From Pedobacter sp. (GTDB lineage Bacteria > Bacteroidota > Bacteroidia > Sphingobacteriales > Sphingobacteriaceae): 64,000 nucleotides of DNA. The notes beneath the pieces were generated by a model. That model did no database searches. It saw only the letters and a program-made list of their open reading frames with translations, and was not told the DNA's origin. The translations under genes were made by a program, and so were the position numbers. Below, piece after piece: positions 20,698 to 29,911 of this stretch (positions within the stretch are counted from its first letter, which is position 1; each line of letters starts with the position of its first letter). The stretch is taken from assembly GCA_037719805.1 (NCBI GenBank), contig JBBJLZ010000003.1; one strand, 5' to 3'.

Positions 20698-21337
20698 ATT
20701 ACACATTTAAAGTTAAAAATTCTTTTTATCGCCCGCGCTACGCTTGGTCGAGAATTCTACTTTTAAATGGTCAGCTTTTAGGGAAGCTTACACGATTATC
20801 GCTGATGTTGAGTATGATTTTATTTTCGTTACTTCTATCTGCTTGTGCATAAATGGAAGAAGTCGCAAGTGCATCTATTATAGTTTTGCCATTTTTTTCT
20901 AATTTGTAACCTCCTGATAATGTTTCAAATGAATATATCATCTGTGTAGTTGCTGTAAAACTGATTTTTAATTCTAGAATGAGCTGTGTTTCATTATTGC
21001 TATATACCCATGTTCCGGCAAATTTCCTAAATGCCTTCTCCGAGATTACTGTTCCAGCCTTTAAATTTTCATTACCAGTAAAAACCTTACTTTCTACAGT
21101 ATCCTTAAGCTGTGCTGATGCGCTTAGGCCAAATAGTATACCAATGGAAAACATTAAGATGAATTTTTTCATATACACATTATTAGTGAGCTTTGTCTAC
21201 TCATAAGAAGTAAAGAAAGAGGGACCGTGATCTGTGATCATAGTCCCTCCTATCTAAATTAACGCTCTCTCGCTTACTATAGCGTTTAAAGCTTGATTAT
21301 TGTTATACAACGAAAGTTTATTTTAGTATCAAAGGAA

Positions 21338-21435
21338 ATCTCATAAAACGAAGGAATCAATCCTATTCTTTTAGCTGTAAATTTTTATGGCATTAAGTAC
21401 GGCAAAGAGACAAGAGGTCTTTAAGAAAACGAGGG
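21338..21435 (+). repeat. Box/palindrome/box element, copy 6
   Basis: ATCTCATAAAACGAAGG 21338-21354; TTCTTTTAGCTGTA 21366-21379; TACGGCAAAGAGACAA 21398-21413; GTCTTTAAGAAAACGAGGG 21417-21435. Confidence 0.88.
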
Positions 21436-21639
21436 TTAACTATAATCTTCCTAATGCGACTAGTTCTTACAGCAATGACCTGGTAAACCATTTGATGAAC
21501 CGCCAAATATAGAACCGGATTTACACGTTTGACCTCTTATGATAACGACTTGGCGGAGCGTTTTCAAATTCTTATTTTTCCTACAAGTAAGCATTTAAAA
21601 ACCTTTTTGTATTTTTAAAGACTAAGCTCCGAATTTGAT

Positions 21640-23028
21640 ATGAAGAATATTCTATCTAAAGCCATATTGCTTGTACTATTCCTAGGAAGTAACTTAAATA
21701 TCTATGCGGATTGTAATATCACTGGAAACATGACTTCTTTTAAAGGCGCTAATTTCCATATTAACAACAACGAATCTGCACTAAATGAACACCATGGGGA
21801 GTTACTTGACCAAGGCATTATTGACAAGGATGGAAAATTTGTATCTGTGTTCAAAGTATCAAAATCAGGAGAGGCGATCCTGTATATTGGCAAGACTTTT
21901 TTCAGAATTTGGATTGATAATGGTGAATTAATAATTTCTGCCACAGACTCTGGATTGAGTTTTAGTGGGAGCCTTGCCGGTGAAAACAAGTTTATGTTTG
22001 ATTCAAAGTTTATGCAACCTTATTTGATTCCAAATGCGCTTGCATATAAACCAAACCAGATTAGTGCTTATATCTCTAAATGGAATGCCTTTCAGAATGA
22101 ACGTCTGGAACTAATAAAAGAAGGTAAACAAAATCGATTATCTGAAAGGTTTATTCAAAGAATGGAAGGTGAAATCCTTAATAGCACCATATATGCGAAA
22201 AACCAGTTTCCTTTACTACAATCAATGATCCCTGAAGCATTACCACCGGACTATTATAACTTTTGGAGCGATTTTCATATCCTTGAAGATGACCCAAGCC
22301 AAAAGGCATATATGAGTGCCCTATTGGACTATGCTGAATTTACGGTAAAGAAAAGTTACCCTTTGGAAACCTCAGATAGATCCCTGTTGATCAAAAAAGA
22401 GATATTTTTTCTGGATTCAGTGTTATCCGAGAGACCTCGGACACTGGAGGTGATAAAAGGAGAACTTACGCTGTTCTTGATAAAGTACTTTGACGACAAA
22501 ACCCTTCTGGAAGAACTTAGAAAAAACTTTAAATTGGATTACCCTAACTCTTCGTACACCAAACTAAGTGACACAAAGTGGTTTGAAAAAGAATTTAGGC
22601 AAAATAAAAAAGTCAGCTTCACGCTGAAAAACATATCAGGACAGGAAGTCAAGATTGAGGAATTTTTAGGGAAACTCGTTTATGTAGATTTTTGGGGAAG
22701 CTGGTGTAAAGCATGTCTTGAAGAAATGCCCTCTGCTGTTAAATTGAGAAAAAAGTTTGAAGGCACTGATATCGTGTTTCTTTATTTGGATTTTTATGAT
22801 TCAAAGAGCCAGTGGCTAAATGCGGTAAATGTCCACAGAATTGATGGCGTAAATCTTAAAGCAGAAGATACTGATTTACCATATTTTGATGCCTATTTTG
22901 GTGTTAGGCAGGGATTTCCACGGTATGCGCTTATAGACAAAAAAGGCATTCTTAAAACGACAAGCGCACCATCGCCAAGCGACACGAGCGTTATTGCATT
23001 TCTTGGAAAAGCCCTTAAAGACTTATGA
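21640..23028 (+). CDS. TlpA family protein disulfide reductase (secreted, C-terminal thioredoxin fold)
   Basis: GKLVYVDFWGSWCKAC; GFPRYALIDKKG. Confidence 0.88.
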   Translation: MKNILSKAILLVLFLGSNLNIYADCNITGNMTSFKGANFHINNNESALNEHHGELLDQGIIDKDGKFVSVFKVSKSGEAILYIGKTFFRIWIDNGELIISATDSGLSFSGSLAGENKFMFDSKFMQPYLIPNALAYKPNQISAYISKWNAFQNERLELIKEGKQNRLSERFIQRMEGEILNSTIYAKNQFPLLQSMIPEALPPDYYNFWSDFHILEDDPSQKAYMSALLDYAEFTVKKSYPLETSDRSLLIKKEIFFLDSVLSERPRTLEVIKGELTLFLIKYFDDKTLLEELRKNFKLDYPNSSYTKLSDTKWFEKEFRQNKKVSFTLKNISGQEVKIEEFLGKLVYVDFWGSWCKACLEEMPSAVKLRKKFEGTDIVFLYLDFYDSKSQWLNAVNVHRIDGVNLKAEDTDLPYFDAYFGVRQGFPRYALIDKKGILKTTSAPSPSDTSVIAFLGKALKDL

Positions 23029-23117
23029 GGGCAGGGTTGCACCTAAGTTTTGAGAGTATACATTATCAAAAAAAGGTCTTTTAAAAAGATAGGATTGGGA
23101 GGTTGAGGATAGGCATT

Positions 23118-23135
23118 TGTCTTAAAAAACGAAGG
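23118..23135 (+). repeat. Isolated box
   Basis: TGTCTTAAAAAACGAAGG. Confidence 0.7.
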
Positions 23136-23190
23136 GGTGTCGAAGTAAATGCATTCTCCATTCTTTCCGACAATTTTGTTATTTTTAAAT

Positions 23191-23601
23191 ATGAAAGTTT
23201 ACTCCACAAACTACTACGATACTTTTATTGAAGTTTCGCAAGACTCAAAAGCAAACTGTGGGACAAGGCCGCCCTCAAAAGCAAATCGAACAATTGCGGA
23301 ACGTCAATACGATTTAATTACTGGTCACCCTTATGCATTCACATCAGATGAGATATTTTTTAAAGTCTTTGTAGAAAGAAACGATTTGCTCGAGCAAGAG
23401 ATAAATCAAGCTAAAGAACTATTTTTCTCTAAAGGCCAACCATGTTTTCGGGCTTCTCCATTAGCCAAAACTTATGGCTTCAGGATCCATTGTAATGAGG
23501 AAGGAAAAGTATCTATTTATGGAGTAGAAACTGAAGAATACCGAAAATTAGTAGAAAACAAATCTATTAAAATGTTAAAGGCAACGAGATCAGGCAAGTA
23601 A
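23191..23601 (+). CDS. DUF6157-like conserved hypothetical protein
   Basis: TNYYDTFIEV N-terminus and FSKGQPCFRASPL motif, recalled from this family; ATG at 23191. Confidence 0.65.
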   Translation: MKVYSTNYYDTFIEVSQDSKANCGTRPPSKANRTIAERQYDLITGHPYAFTSDEIFFKVFVERNDLLEQEINQAKELFFSKGQPCFRASPLAKTYGFRIHCNEEGKVSIYGVETEEYRKLVENKSIKMLKATRSGK

Positions 23602-23612
23602 GAAGTGTACAT

Positions 23613-24170
23613 TGCCTCAAAAGACAAAAATGTGTTCTTTACTTTTTTAGCTATCTTAAATCACGGCAAAAATAGGTAGTTGTCTAATAAAACGAAGCTA
23701 TTCAATGTCAATTTTTCTATTAGCTGTAATTTAATAGATCCATAAGGGATATATTAATATCATTATATATTTATATCTTGATATTTATTATTTAGTCAAC
23801 CGCGATTAGGAAGGCAGGATTTTGTCTCAAGAAAGGAGGGTAACAACCTGTTTTTTAGCTGTTATTGTAACTTCGAATAAGTCGTTAATATATTTTATAT
23901 CTTTATATATTTAGATCACTAGTAATCTAAGCATCTTATCTCAAAAACGAAGGTATGGTCCCCCATCCAATATTATTTTTCTTTTAGCTGTATAATTTGA
24001 ACGCTTAGAACGGCAAAAAGTACATGGTCTCACAAAACGAAGCTTATAAATTATTAATTTAGTAAAGCTGTACTATTATAGTATTTCGACCGCTTTCCTT
24101 TTCTCTTTTAGCTGTTAAACCTACATATCAAGTACGGCAAAGAGAAAACAATTATTTCACTAAACGAAGG
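23613..24170 (+). repeat. Gene-free stack of about five element copies
   Basis: Boxes at 23613, 23681, 23823, 23937, 24026 and 24154; left arms at ~23643, 23711, 23851, 23976 and 24099; right arms at ~23663, 24009 and 24132. Confidence 0.85.
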
Positions 24171-24255
24171 TATACGTCCCCTACGCATAGTTACGATCTA
24201 AGATTTGAAAGCTGCAGTCGCTGTGAAGTAAAGTTACTTTCATTGTTTCCACAAG

Positions 24256-24288
24256 TACCAGATTCAAGAAGAATAATACCAGATTCAA
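24256..24288 (+). promoter_or_regulatory. Putative LytTR binding site (direct repeat, 21-bp period)
   Basis: TACCAGATTCAA at 24256-24267 and 24277-24288, upstream of the TlpA-HK-LytTR operon. Confidence 0.55.
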
Positions 24289-24343
24289 ATATTGATGATA
24301 AAGACGATTACCTGTTTTCCATATTTGTTACAAACAAACTCAT

Positions 24344-25498
24344 ATGAAAAACCTGACGGTCTGCCTATTGCTAATTTTAACTGCTAATTACTGCTTCGGA
24401 CAAGAAATCGACAAAAATGCGCTAGCCATTATGCAAAAGTCTTTTGATAAAATCGCCAACTTAAATATCGTTAAGTACAATTTAATATTCAAGGACACGA
24501 TGTTAAGGGCACCAAACCCGATGATAACCGAACAGACAACCATCAATGGATTAATAAAAAAGAATGCATACTGGTACTTATCATTCGAAGACAAAGCTCG
24601 ATGGCTAATCCAAGCGGATACATTGTTTAAGCGTGAAGTGAAAAGCCTCTCACTCAGCTATTCAACTAACTGGAGCGAGCATGAAATAGCCAAATACAGC
24701 ATATATAATCTTTTAGGCAACGATCGTTCAAGCTTTAGCTCTAAGAACGTGGCATCATTAAAATTTGTTCAAGATACTTCGTTGGCAGAATTTTATGTTA
24801 TTGATGAGGTTCGGATCAAAAGGGATTTCAAAACAGATGAGGTACAGGATGTGAAGTCTTATGACAGGCATTGGATTAATAAAAGTACGTTACTTCCGAT
24901 GCGTCGAACAAAATATAGTGAGACAATCCAAAATAAAAGACAGGCTATTGATATATATGACTTTGCTTTTAGAATAGAAGAATTGGCTAAAGCGCCTAAG
25001 GAAGTCACTAGCTTTTTTGATTCGATAACAGTAGTAACAAAAGAAAAAGAGGCAGATAGTCTTAAAATTAATTCTGCTGCTCCAATGTTTTCAGCTGTTA
25101 ACCTTGACAATAGTAAAATTGTAACGCTTAACAATCTTAAAGGAAAAGTATTATTATTAGATTTCTGGTATATGTCCTGCATGCCTTGTAGAATATTGAC
25201 TCCCAAAATTCAGAAATTACATGAAAAATTTGCCAAACAGAATGTTGCTGTAATTGGTGTGAATCTAATAGATACATCTTCTCAAGAGATAAAGGCTTTC
25301 TTAAAGAAAAAACAAATTACTTTTCCACAATACTACAAAGCAGCTAACCTTGCGAAAGACTATAAACTTTATGCGTACCCAACAATAATAATTGTAGGAA
25401 AGGATGGAAAGATTAAACTTGTGGAGTTAGGTTTTAACGATGATATAGAGACAAGATTAGAGCAACTTATTAATGTTGAATTGACAAAATCAATCTAA
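24344..25498 (+). CDS. TlpA family disulfide reductase with an additional N-terminal domain
   Basis: GKVLLLDFWYMSCMPC; YPTIIIVGKDG; signal peptide. Confidence 0.88.
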   Translation: MKNLTVCLLLILTANYCFGQEIDKNALAIMQKSFDKIANLNIVKYNLIFKDTMLRAPNPMITEQTTINGLIKKNAYWYLSFEDKARWLIQADTLFKREVKSLSLSYSTNWSEHEIAKYSIYNLLGNDRSSFSSKNVASLKFVQDTSLAEFYVIDEVRIKRDFKTDEVQDVKSYDRHWINKSTLLPMRRTKYSETIQNKRQAIDIYDFAFRIEELAKAPKEVTSFFDSITVVTKEKEADSLKINSAAPMFSAVNLDNSKIVTLNNLKGKVLLLDFWYMSCMPCRILTPKIQKLHEKFAKQNVAVIGVNLIDTSSQEIKAFLKKKQITFPQYYKAANLAKDYKLYAYPTIIIVGKDGKIKLVELGFNDDIETRLEQLINVELTKSI

Positions 25499-25522
25499 CA
25501 TCAGATTAATTTATCATTTTAA

Positions 25523-27340
25523 ATGCTATACAATATAAACCGCAAAAAATATTTAAATCCCTATATGGAAAACATAGTTCATGCATTAAAAAATATGTTT
25601 TTCTTGATAATCATAATTTGTTTGGTTGGTGACTTATCGAATGCTCAACCAAACGTATCAAACAAAAGACCGCTATCACTTCCATTTAATTCCGTCCTAG
25701 TCAAAAAAAATATCAATGGTAAAATTTGCGATAACTGTCCGGTAGATTTTGCCTTGAATGCTGAACTTGATTTTAGTTATATACTTACTGGCGTAGAACA
25801 TGCATCCGGCCGTTTATCTAAAAACCAATTTCCAACCCGGTATGGAACAGATAATAACTACACAAATATCCATGTAATATCAAATGCGAAAGTTGGCATA
25901 ACTTTTCTTCCAAACTATCTTATAAAAGATGGAAAATACTTTCAACTTCTAAGGAATTTTAAGGGCATACCCTATAAACAACTTGAATTTGAGATTAGAC
26001 AAAATAATAGTGTTATCAGAAACTGGGAACGAATTCGCACTCTAAAAGAAATACAGGATTATACCATCTTTGGAATTGGGAGTGACGATCCGTCTACTAT
26101 TGCGCCTTGGGAACAAACCTTCCATGCCGGAAGTTTTGAGCTAAAGGTTGATGATTTGTTAAGCATCACTGTCAGAACGATAGAGACAAAGGAAATCATT
26201 AGGAAAATAGCAATCTTTCGTCCCGTTGATAAAGCTTCAGATTTTATCTACTATCAAATTCCTTTAACAAATGATGATTTAGGTCACAGTCTTCAAAATA
26301 TTTTGAACCTTAATATTGACACATTCAAAGCTTTCAAGGGAGACTCTTCTACCACATTTATAAAAGAATACAATTCACTCGGGATTTTAAGATTTACGAA
26401 CCTCCAGGAAAATGAGGTATTAGAATATTCATTTGGGAATAACCCCTTGGAATGGAAGTCTATAAAAACAAGAGATCCAAGAACTGGTATATTCCTGGTG
26501 CTTCCAAGTACTATGAAGGATGGAAAAAGACAAAGAATATTTCTTCGTTACCAGAGCCAACCCGAAACAATCCACTCAATAGAAGTTCAAGTAAATAAGC
26601 GCCCATTTAAGTTTCCATGGTTTCAGCTATCATTCATTTCCATTATAATCTTAGCTATTATCGTAATAGGATTTAACATTAGGGAACGGAGGAATAAGAA
26701 GAAATTAGCGGCCCTCACTAAGAAAAATATTGAAACCGAAACTTACCTTGCATTACTTAGTGGCCAATTAAATCCTCATTTTCTATTTAATACGCTTAAT
26801 GCTATTCAGGGTACTATCGGAAGTAATAATCCAGATATCTCTAATGCTTATATTGGTAGCGTAGCTAAATTTATGCGTGATGTGATGGACAGCGGTAGGA
26901 AAGAATTTATTTCCTTAAAAGAAGAACTTAAAATGGAAGAAGATTACCTTCAACTTGAGCAGCAACGATTAGCTTTTCAATATACCATAACTATTAGTCC
27001 TGATCTTGACCCTGACCTAATTGACATCCCACCCTTGCTTTTACAGCCAATATTGGAAAACAGTATCCGTCATGGATTTGGTAGTAACCATCATGCTTCA
27101 ATGATAAAAATTACCGTCAATAGGTTAGATAATGCATTAGTTATTAGGGCGATAGACAACGGTGATTCAGTTTGGTATTCAAGTGAAGTATCGGAGGGTC
27201 ACGGTCTTTCGCTTACCAGGAAACGCCTTTCAATTTATAACGAAAAGCTTCAAAATATGTTAATTTTTCTGGATGTCTCTTATGTAGAAATGGAAATGGG
27301 CACAGTTGCTACCTTTACTCTAAACAATTGGTTACTATGA
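25523..27340 (+). CDS. LytS/YehU-type sensor histidine kinase
   Basis: QLNPHFLFNTLNAI, PPLLLQPILENSIRHG, DNGD and GHGL motifs; large periplasmic domain plus TM. Confidence 0.9.
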   Translation: MLYNINRKKYLNPYMENIVHALKNMFFLIIIICLVGDLSNAQPNVSNKRPLSLPFNSVLVKKNINGKICDNCPVDFALNAELDFSYILTGVEHASGRLSKNQFPTRYGTDNNYTNIHVISNAKVGITFLPNYLIKDGKYFQLLRNFKGIPYKQLEFEIRQNNSVIRNWERIRTLKEIQDYTIFGIGSDDPSTIAPWEQTFHAGSFELKVDDLLSITVRTIETKEIIRKIAIFRPVDKASDFIYYQIPLTNDDLGHSLQNILNLNIDTFKAFKGDSSTTFIKEYNSLGILRFTNLQENEVLEYSFGNNPLEWKSIKTRDPRTGIFLVLPSTMKDGKRQRIFLRYQSQPETIHSIEVQVNKRPFKFPWFQLSFISIIILAIIVIGFNIRERRNKKKLAALTKKNIETETYLALLSGQLNPHFLFNTLNAIQGTIGSNNPDISNAYIGSVAKFMRDVMDSGRKEFISLKEELKMEEDYLQLEQQRLAFQYTITISPDLDPDLIDIPPLLLQPILENSIRHGFGSNHHASMIKITVNRLDNALVIRAIDNGDSVWYSSEVSEGHGLSLTRKRLSIYNEKLQNMLIFLDVSYVEMEMGTVATFTLNNWLL

Positions 27341-28083
27341 AAAATCTCACTTGCTTTATTGTGGACGATGAACAAGTCGCAGTTGAAGCTTTGTCTACAA
27401 TAATCCGAAGATATTGCCCGGACCTTACAATTTCTGGCACTGCAAATTCGGTCAAGGATGGATTGGAATTACTAAATAGCCAGATAGTTGATATTTTATT
27501 TCTGGATATTAAGATGAAACAAGAAACAGGTTTTGATCTTTTGAAGCAACTCCAAATAGATAACTTTCACATCATTTTCGTAACTGCGCATGATCAGTAT
27601 GGTATACAAGCCATAAAGTTTTCCGCTACAGACTATCTACTAAAGCCAATAATTCCGGAGGAACTAATTGCAGCTGTATATAAAATAAACCATAAAAGAA
27701 AGACGTCCGTTGGTGAGATTGATATGCTTTTACAATCTTACGATCATCAAAGAAATAATTTACAAAAACGAATTGCCTTAGCTGACCAGAATGAGATCCG
27801 CTATGTACTTATCGAAAACATTGTATGTTGTAATGCAGATAATAGCTACACCAGCTTCTATATTTCTAATGAAACTGCGCCAATTATAGTATCCAAATCA
27901 ATTTCTGACTATGAACAGATCCTATCCATTTATGGATTTCTACGAACTCATCAATCATGGCTGATCAATAAGAATCGGATAGAGTCATTTAAAAAAGCAG
28001 ACGGAGGATATCTCGTTATGGATAATAAGATGAGTGTGCCAGTGAGCCGCCAAAGAAGACATTTGTTAAATAATAATGCATAA
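27337..28083 (+). CDS. LytR/AlgR family response regulator (REC + LytTR)
   Basis: VDDE, FLDIKM, YLLKP and FLRTHQSWLIN motifs; ATGA overlap with the kinase stop. Confidence 0.92.
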   Translation: MKNLTCFIVDDEQVAVEALSTIIRRYCPDLTISGTANSVKDGLELLNSQIVDILFLDIKMKQETGFDLLKQLQIDNFHIIFVTAHDQYGIQAIKFSATDYLLKPIIPEELIAAVYKINHKRKTSVGEIDMLLQSYDHQRNNLQKRIALADQNEIRYVLIENIVCCNADNSYTSFYISNETAPIIVSKSISDYEQILSIYGFLRTHQSWLINKNRIESFKKADGGYLVMDNKMSVPVSRQRRHLLNNNA

Positions 28084-28090
28084 AAATTGG

Positions 28091-28128
28091 CGCAGCAAAA
28101 AGGAAATAAATGTCTCAGAAAACGAAGG
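28091..28128 (+). repeat. Right half of the element (degenerate right arm plus box); last copy seen
   Basis: CGCAGCAAAAAGGAAA-taaa-TGTCTCAGAAAACGAAGG. Confidence 0.7.
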
Positions 28129-28186
28129 TCATTCTAAGAATTATATCGAAGTTGTGGACACATAAAAATTTCAAGCGACGTGTCGC

Positions 28187-28864
28187 TTATTTCACCAAAT
28201 ACTTGACCAGCTCCTCTACACCTAAAGAAGCGGTTTTGTTAATCTTAATAGAGTTAAAGTAGTCTATACTAGGGTCGGGGTCTATGATAAATTTTTGTGC
28301 ATATAAAGGTACTTCATCAACTAAACTTGCCGCAGGCATTACCATTAAACTAGTTCCAACGACAGCAAATATATCTGCGCTGCTACACAGTGATATTGCA
28401 TAGTTCATATTTGACACCGATTCGCCGAACCAAACAACGTTAGGTCGAAGACTCATTCCATGAATGCACTTGTCATTAGAAGTAATTTCAGAACCAATAA
28501 TATTGTATGTTAATGAGGGGTCGACATCAGATTGTGCTTTAGTAATTTCACCATGAAGGTGCAATACATTTTTGGAACCGGCTCGTTCATGGAGATCATC
28601 TACATTCTGTGTTATTATATGCACATTGAAAGCGCGTTCCAGGTGAACTAAAGCTAAATGTGCCAGGTTAGGCACTGCCTTCAATACCTTACCTCTTTGT
28701 AAGTTGTAAAACTCCTGAACTAGCCCTGGATTTCTTTTCCAGCCATCAAGGGTAGCTACATCTAACAAGTTATAGCCCTCCCATAAACTATCGACACCTC
28801 TAAACGTTTCTAAGCCGCTTTCTACACTAATACCAGAGCCAGTCAGTATTACGATATTTTTCAT
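28187..28864 (-). CDS. cobB: SIR2/CobB family NAD-dependent deacylase
   Basis: TGSGISVESG.TFRG, TQNVDDLHERAG, HLHG, RPNVVWFGE and VGTS motifs. Confidence 0.85.
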   Translation of the reverse strand: MKNIVILTGSGISVESGLETFRGVDSLWEGYNLLDVATLDGWKRNPGLVQEFYNLQRGKVLKAVPNLAHLALVHLERAFNVHIITQNVDDLHERAGSKNVLHLHGEITKAQSDVDPSLTYNIIGSEITSNDKCIHGMSLRPNVVWFGESVSNMNYAISLCSSADIFAVVGTSLMVMPAASLVDEVPLYAQKFIIDPDPSIDYFNSIKINKTASLGVEELVKYLVK

Positions 28865-28951
28865 AATTGATGTTTAATGATAACGTTATTAATTGAGAAT
28901 GGATTATTGGTTTGTATCAACAATAAATATTTCGTAGCCGAATCTTTGCAC

Positions 28952-29875
28952 TCATTTAGTTGCAGTCTTTTTTGAGTTTGCTATCTCGATCTTCTTCTTC
29001 AAGTGTTGGAAGATAAGCCTGTAATCGTCAGAATGTCTTTGACTTACCCTTACTACAATCCCTGCTGGATGTCTCAAGGTGAGTAAAAAGATTCGTTTAT
29101 TTTCTGTAATGTCATCAATGTTGTTTTTCTCAATGATCTCTCTTCTATTTATTTCCAGGTATTTCCCAACTTCTAAATGAGACAAGGAGTCACAAATAGG
29201 GTGTGGCCATTCAAATTGATCTCCACTTTTCGTGTATGCGATGCGAGTTCCTTGGAAACTCTTGATAAAGCATATTTCTCGAAAGTTCTTAATTTTAGAA
29301 GTAAGTGGTAACTTCACATATTTAACTATCGTTTTAACTTCGTCAGCGTTTTTGTCGATACGCAGTTCAGAAGCGAAGTCAGGCTGTGGTTTAATGATTA
29401 AAAAAAAAGCATCTTTAGCCACATACAATAAGTTAAGCACAAATATAAGTAGTGCAATTGGCATGAAATAATGAGTGAACCAGGCAGTGTCGGAAATTAC
29501 GATGCGATACCTACCGTAGTATATTGTAGCGGATAGGAATGCTATTACTATTGGAGCTAAAATGCACTGCGAAAATTGCTTTGTTAGTCTTTCCTTATAA
29601 GACTTTTCCCAAGGGTATGCTTTATTTAAAGTCTTATTTTGAATGTGAACATATTGTAAAACGATGAATGAAGCTAAAGAAGTAGCAATCATTGCGGGCA
29701 TAAACCCTTTCAATTGAACCAAAGCTGTAAGCTCAATAGTCTCTGCATGCATTACCAAGGCAAAAGCCACCGGTATTGAGAATAGAAGTCTCAACACGTT
29801 GTTTAATATTAAGAAGGTCCCGCTTAAGGTATTGAGTGCGTTGTATTTGGTCATTGGGATTGTAAGGTTAGTCAT
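28952..29875 (-). CDS. Membrane protein (~4 TM) with C-terminal LytTR-like DNA-binding domain
   Basis: Hydrophobic N-terminal half; C-terminal YLEINRREII and VRVSQR pattern of LytTR domains. Confidence 0.65.
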   Translation of the reverse strand: MTNLTIPMTKYNALNTLSGTFLILNNVLRLLFSIPVAFALVMHAETIELTALVQLKGFMPAMIATSLASFIVLQYVHIQNKTLNKAYPWEKSYKERLTKQFSQCILAPIVIAFLSATIYYGRYRIVISDTAWFTHYFMPIALLIFVLNLLYVAKDAFFLIIKPQPDFASELRIDKNADEVKTIVKYVKLPLTSKIKNFREICFIKSFQGTRIAYTKSGDQFEWPHPICDSLSHLEVGKYLEINRREIIEKNNIDDITENKRIFLLTLRHPAGIVVRVSQRHSDDYRLIFQHLKKKIEIANSKKTATK

Positions 29876-29911
29876 TATTTATGGTAATTCTTTTTAATTG
29901 ACGATTAATGG

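Larger units (their letters stand above)
19579..20792 (-). mobile_element. IS3 family insertion sequence
   Basis: ~40-bp imperfect IRs beginning TGTAAGCTTCCC; 4-bp duplication CGAT (19575-19578, 20793-20796); orfA/orfB organisation. Confidence 0.92.
19427..21178 (-). pseudogene. Secreted hypothetical protein (~177 aa) split by IS3
   Basis: Removing IS3 plus one CGAT copy fuses ...NISDNR to TYKNTPFEAV...RKKA* in frame. Confidence 0.85.

Noticed and set aside
21219-21249. GAGGGAC...GTCCCTC hairpin as a riboswitch
   Set aside because: A single hairpin with no recognisable aptamer; probably a terminator-like or 5'-UTR stem.
23613-24170. CRISPR array
   Set aside because: Units are degenerate, 75-105 bp and irregularly spaced, with no constant-length unique spacers and no cas genes.
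9404-28128. Classical integron attC array
   Set aside because: No RYYYAAC/GTTRRRY boxes, cargo in both orientations, and no integron integrase in the window. Kept only as an analogy.
28187-28864. Sir2 as an anti-phage (Thoeris/DSR-type) effector
   Set aside because: It is a short stand-alone CobB-type deacylase with no partner gene or extra domain.
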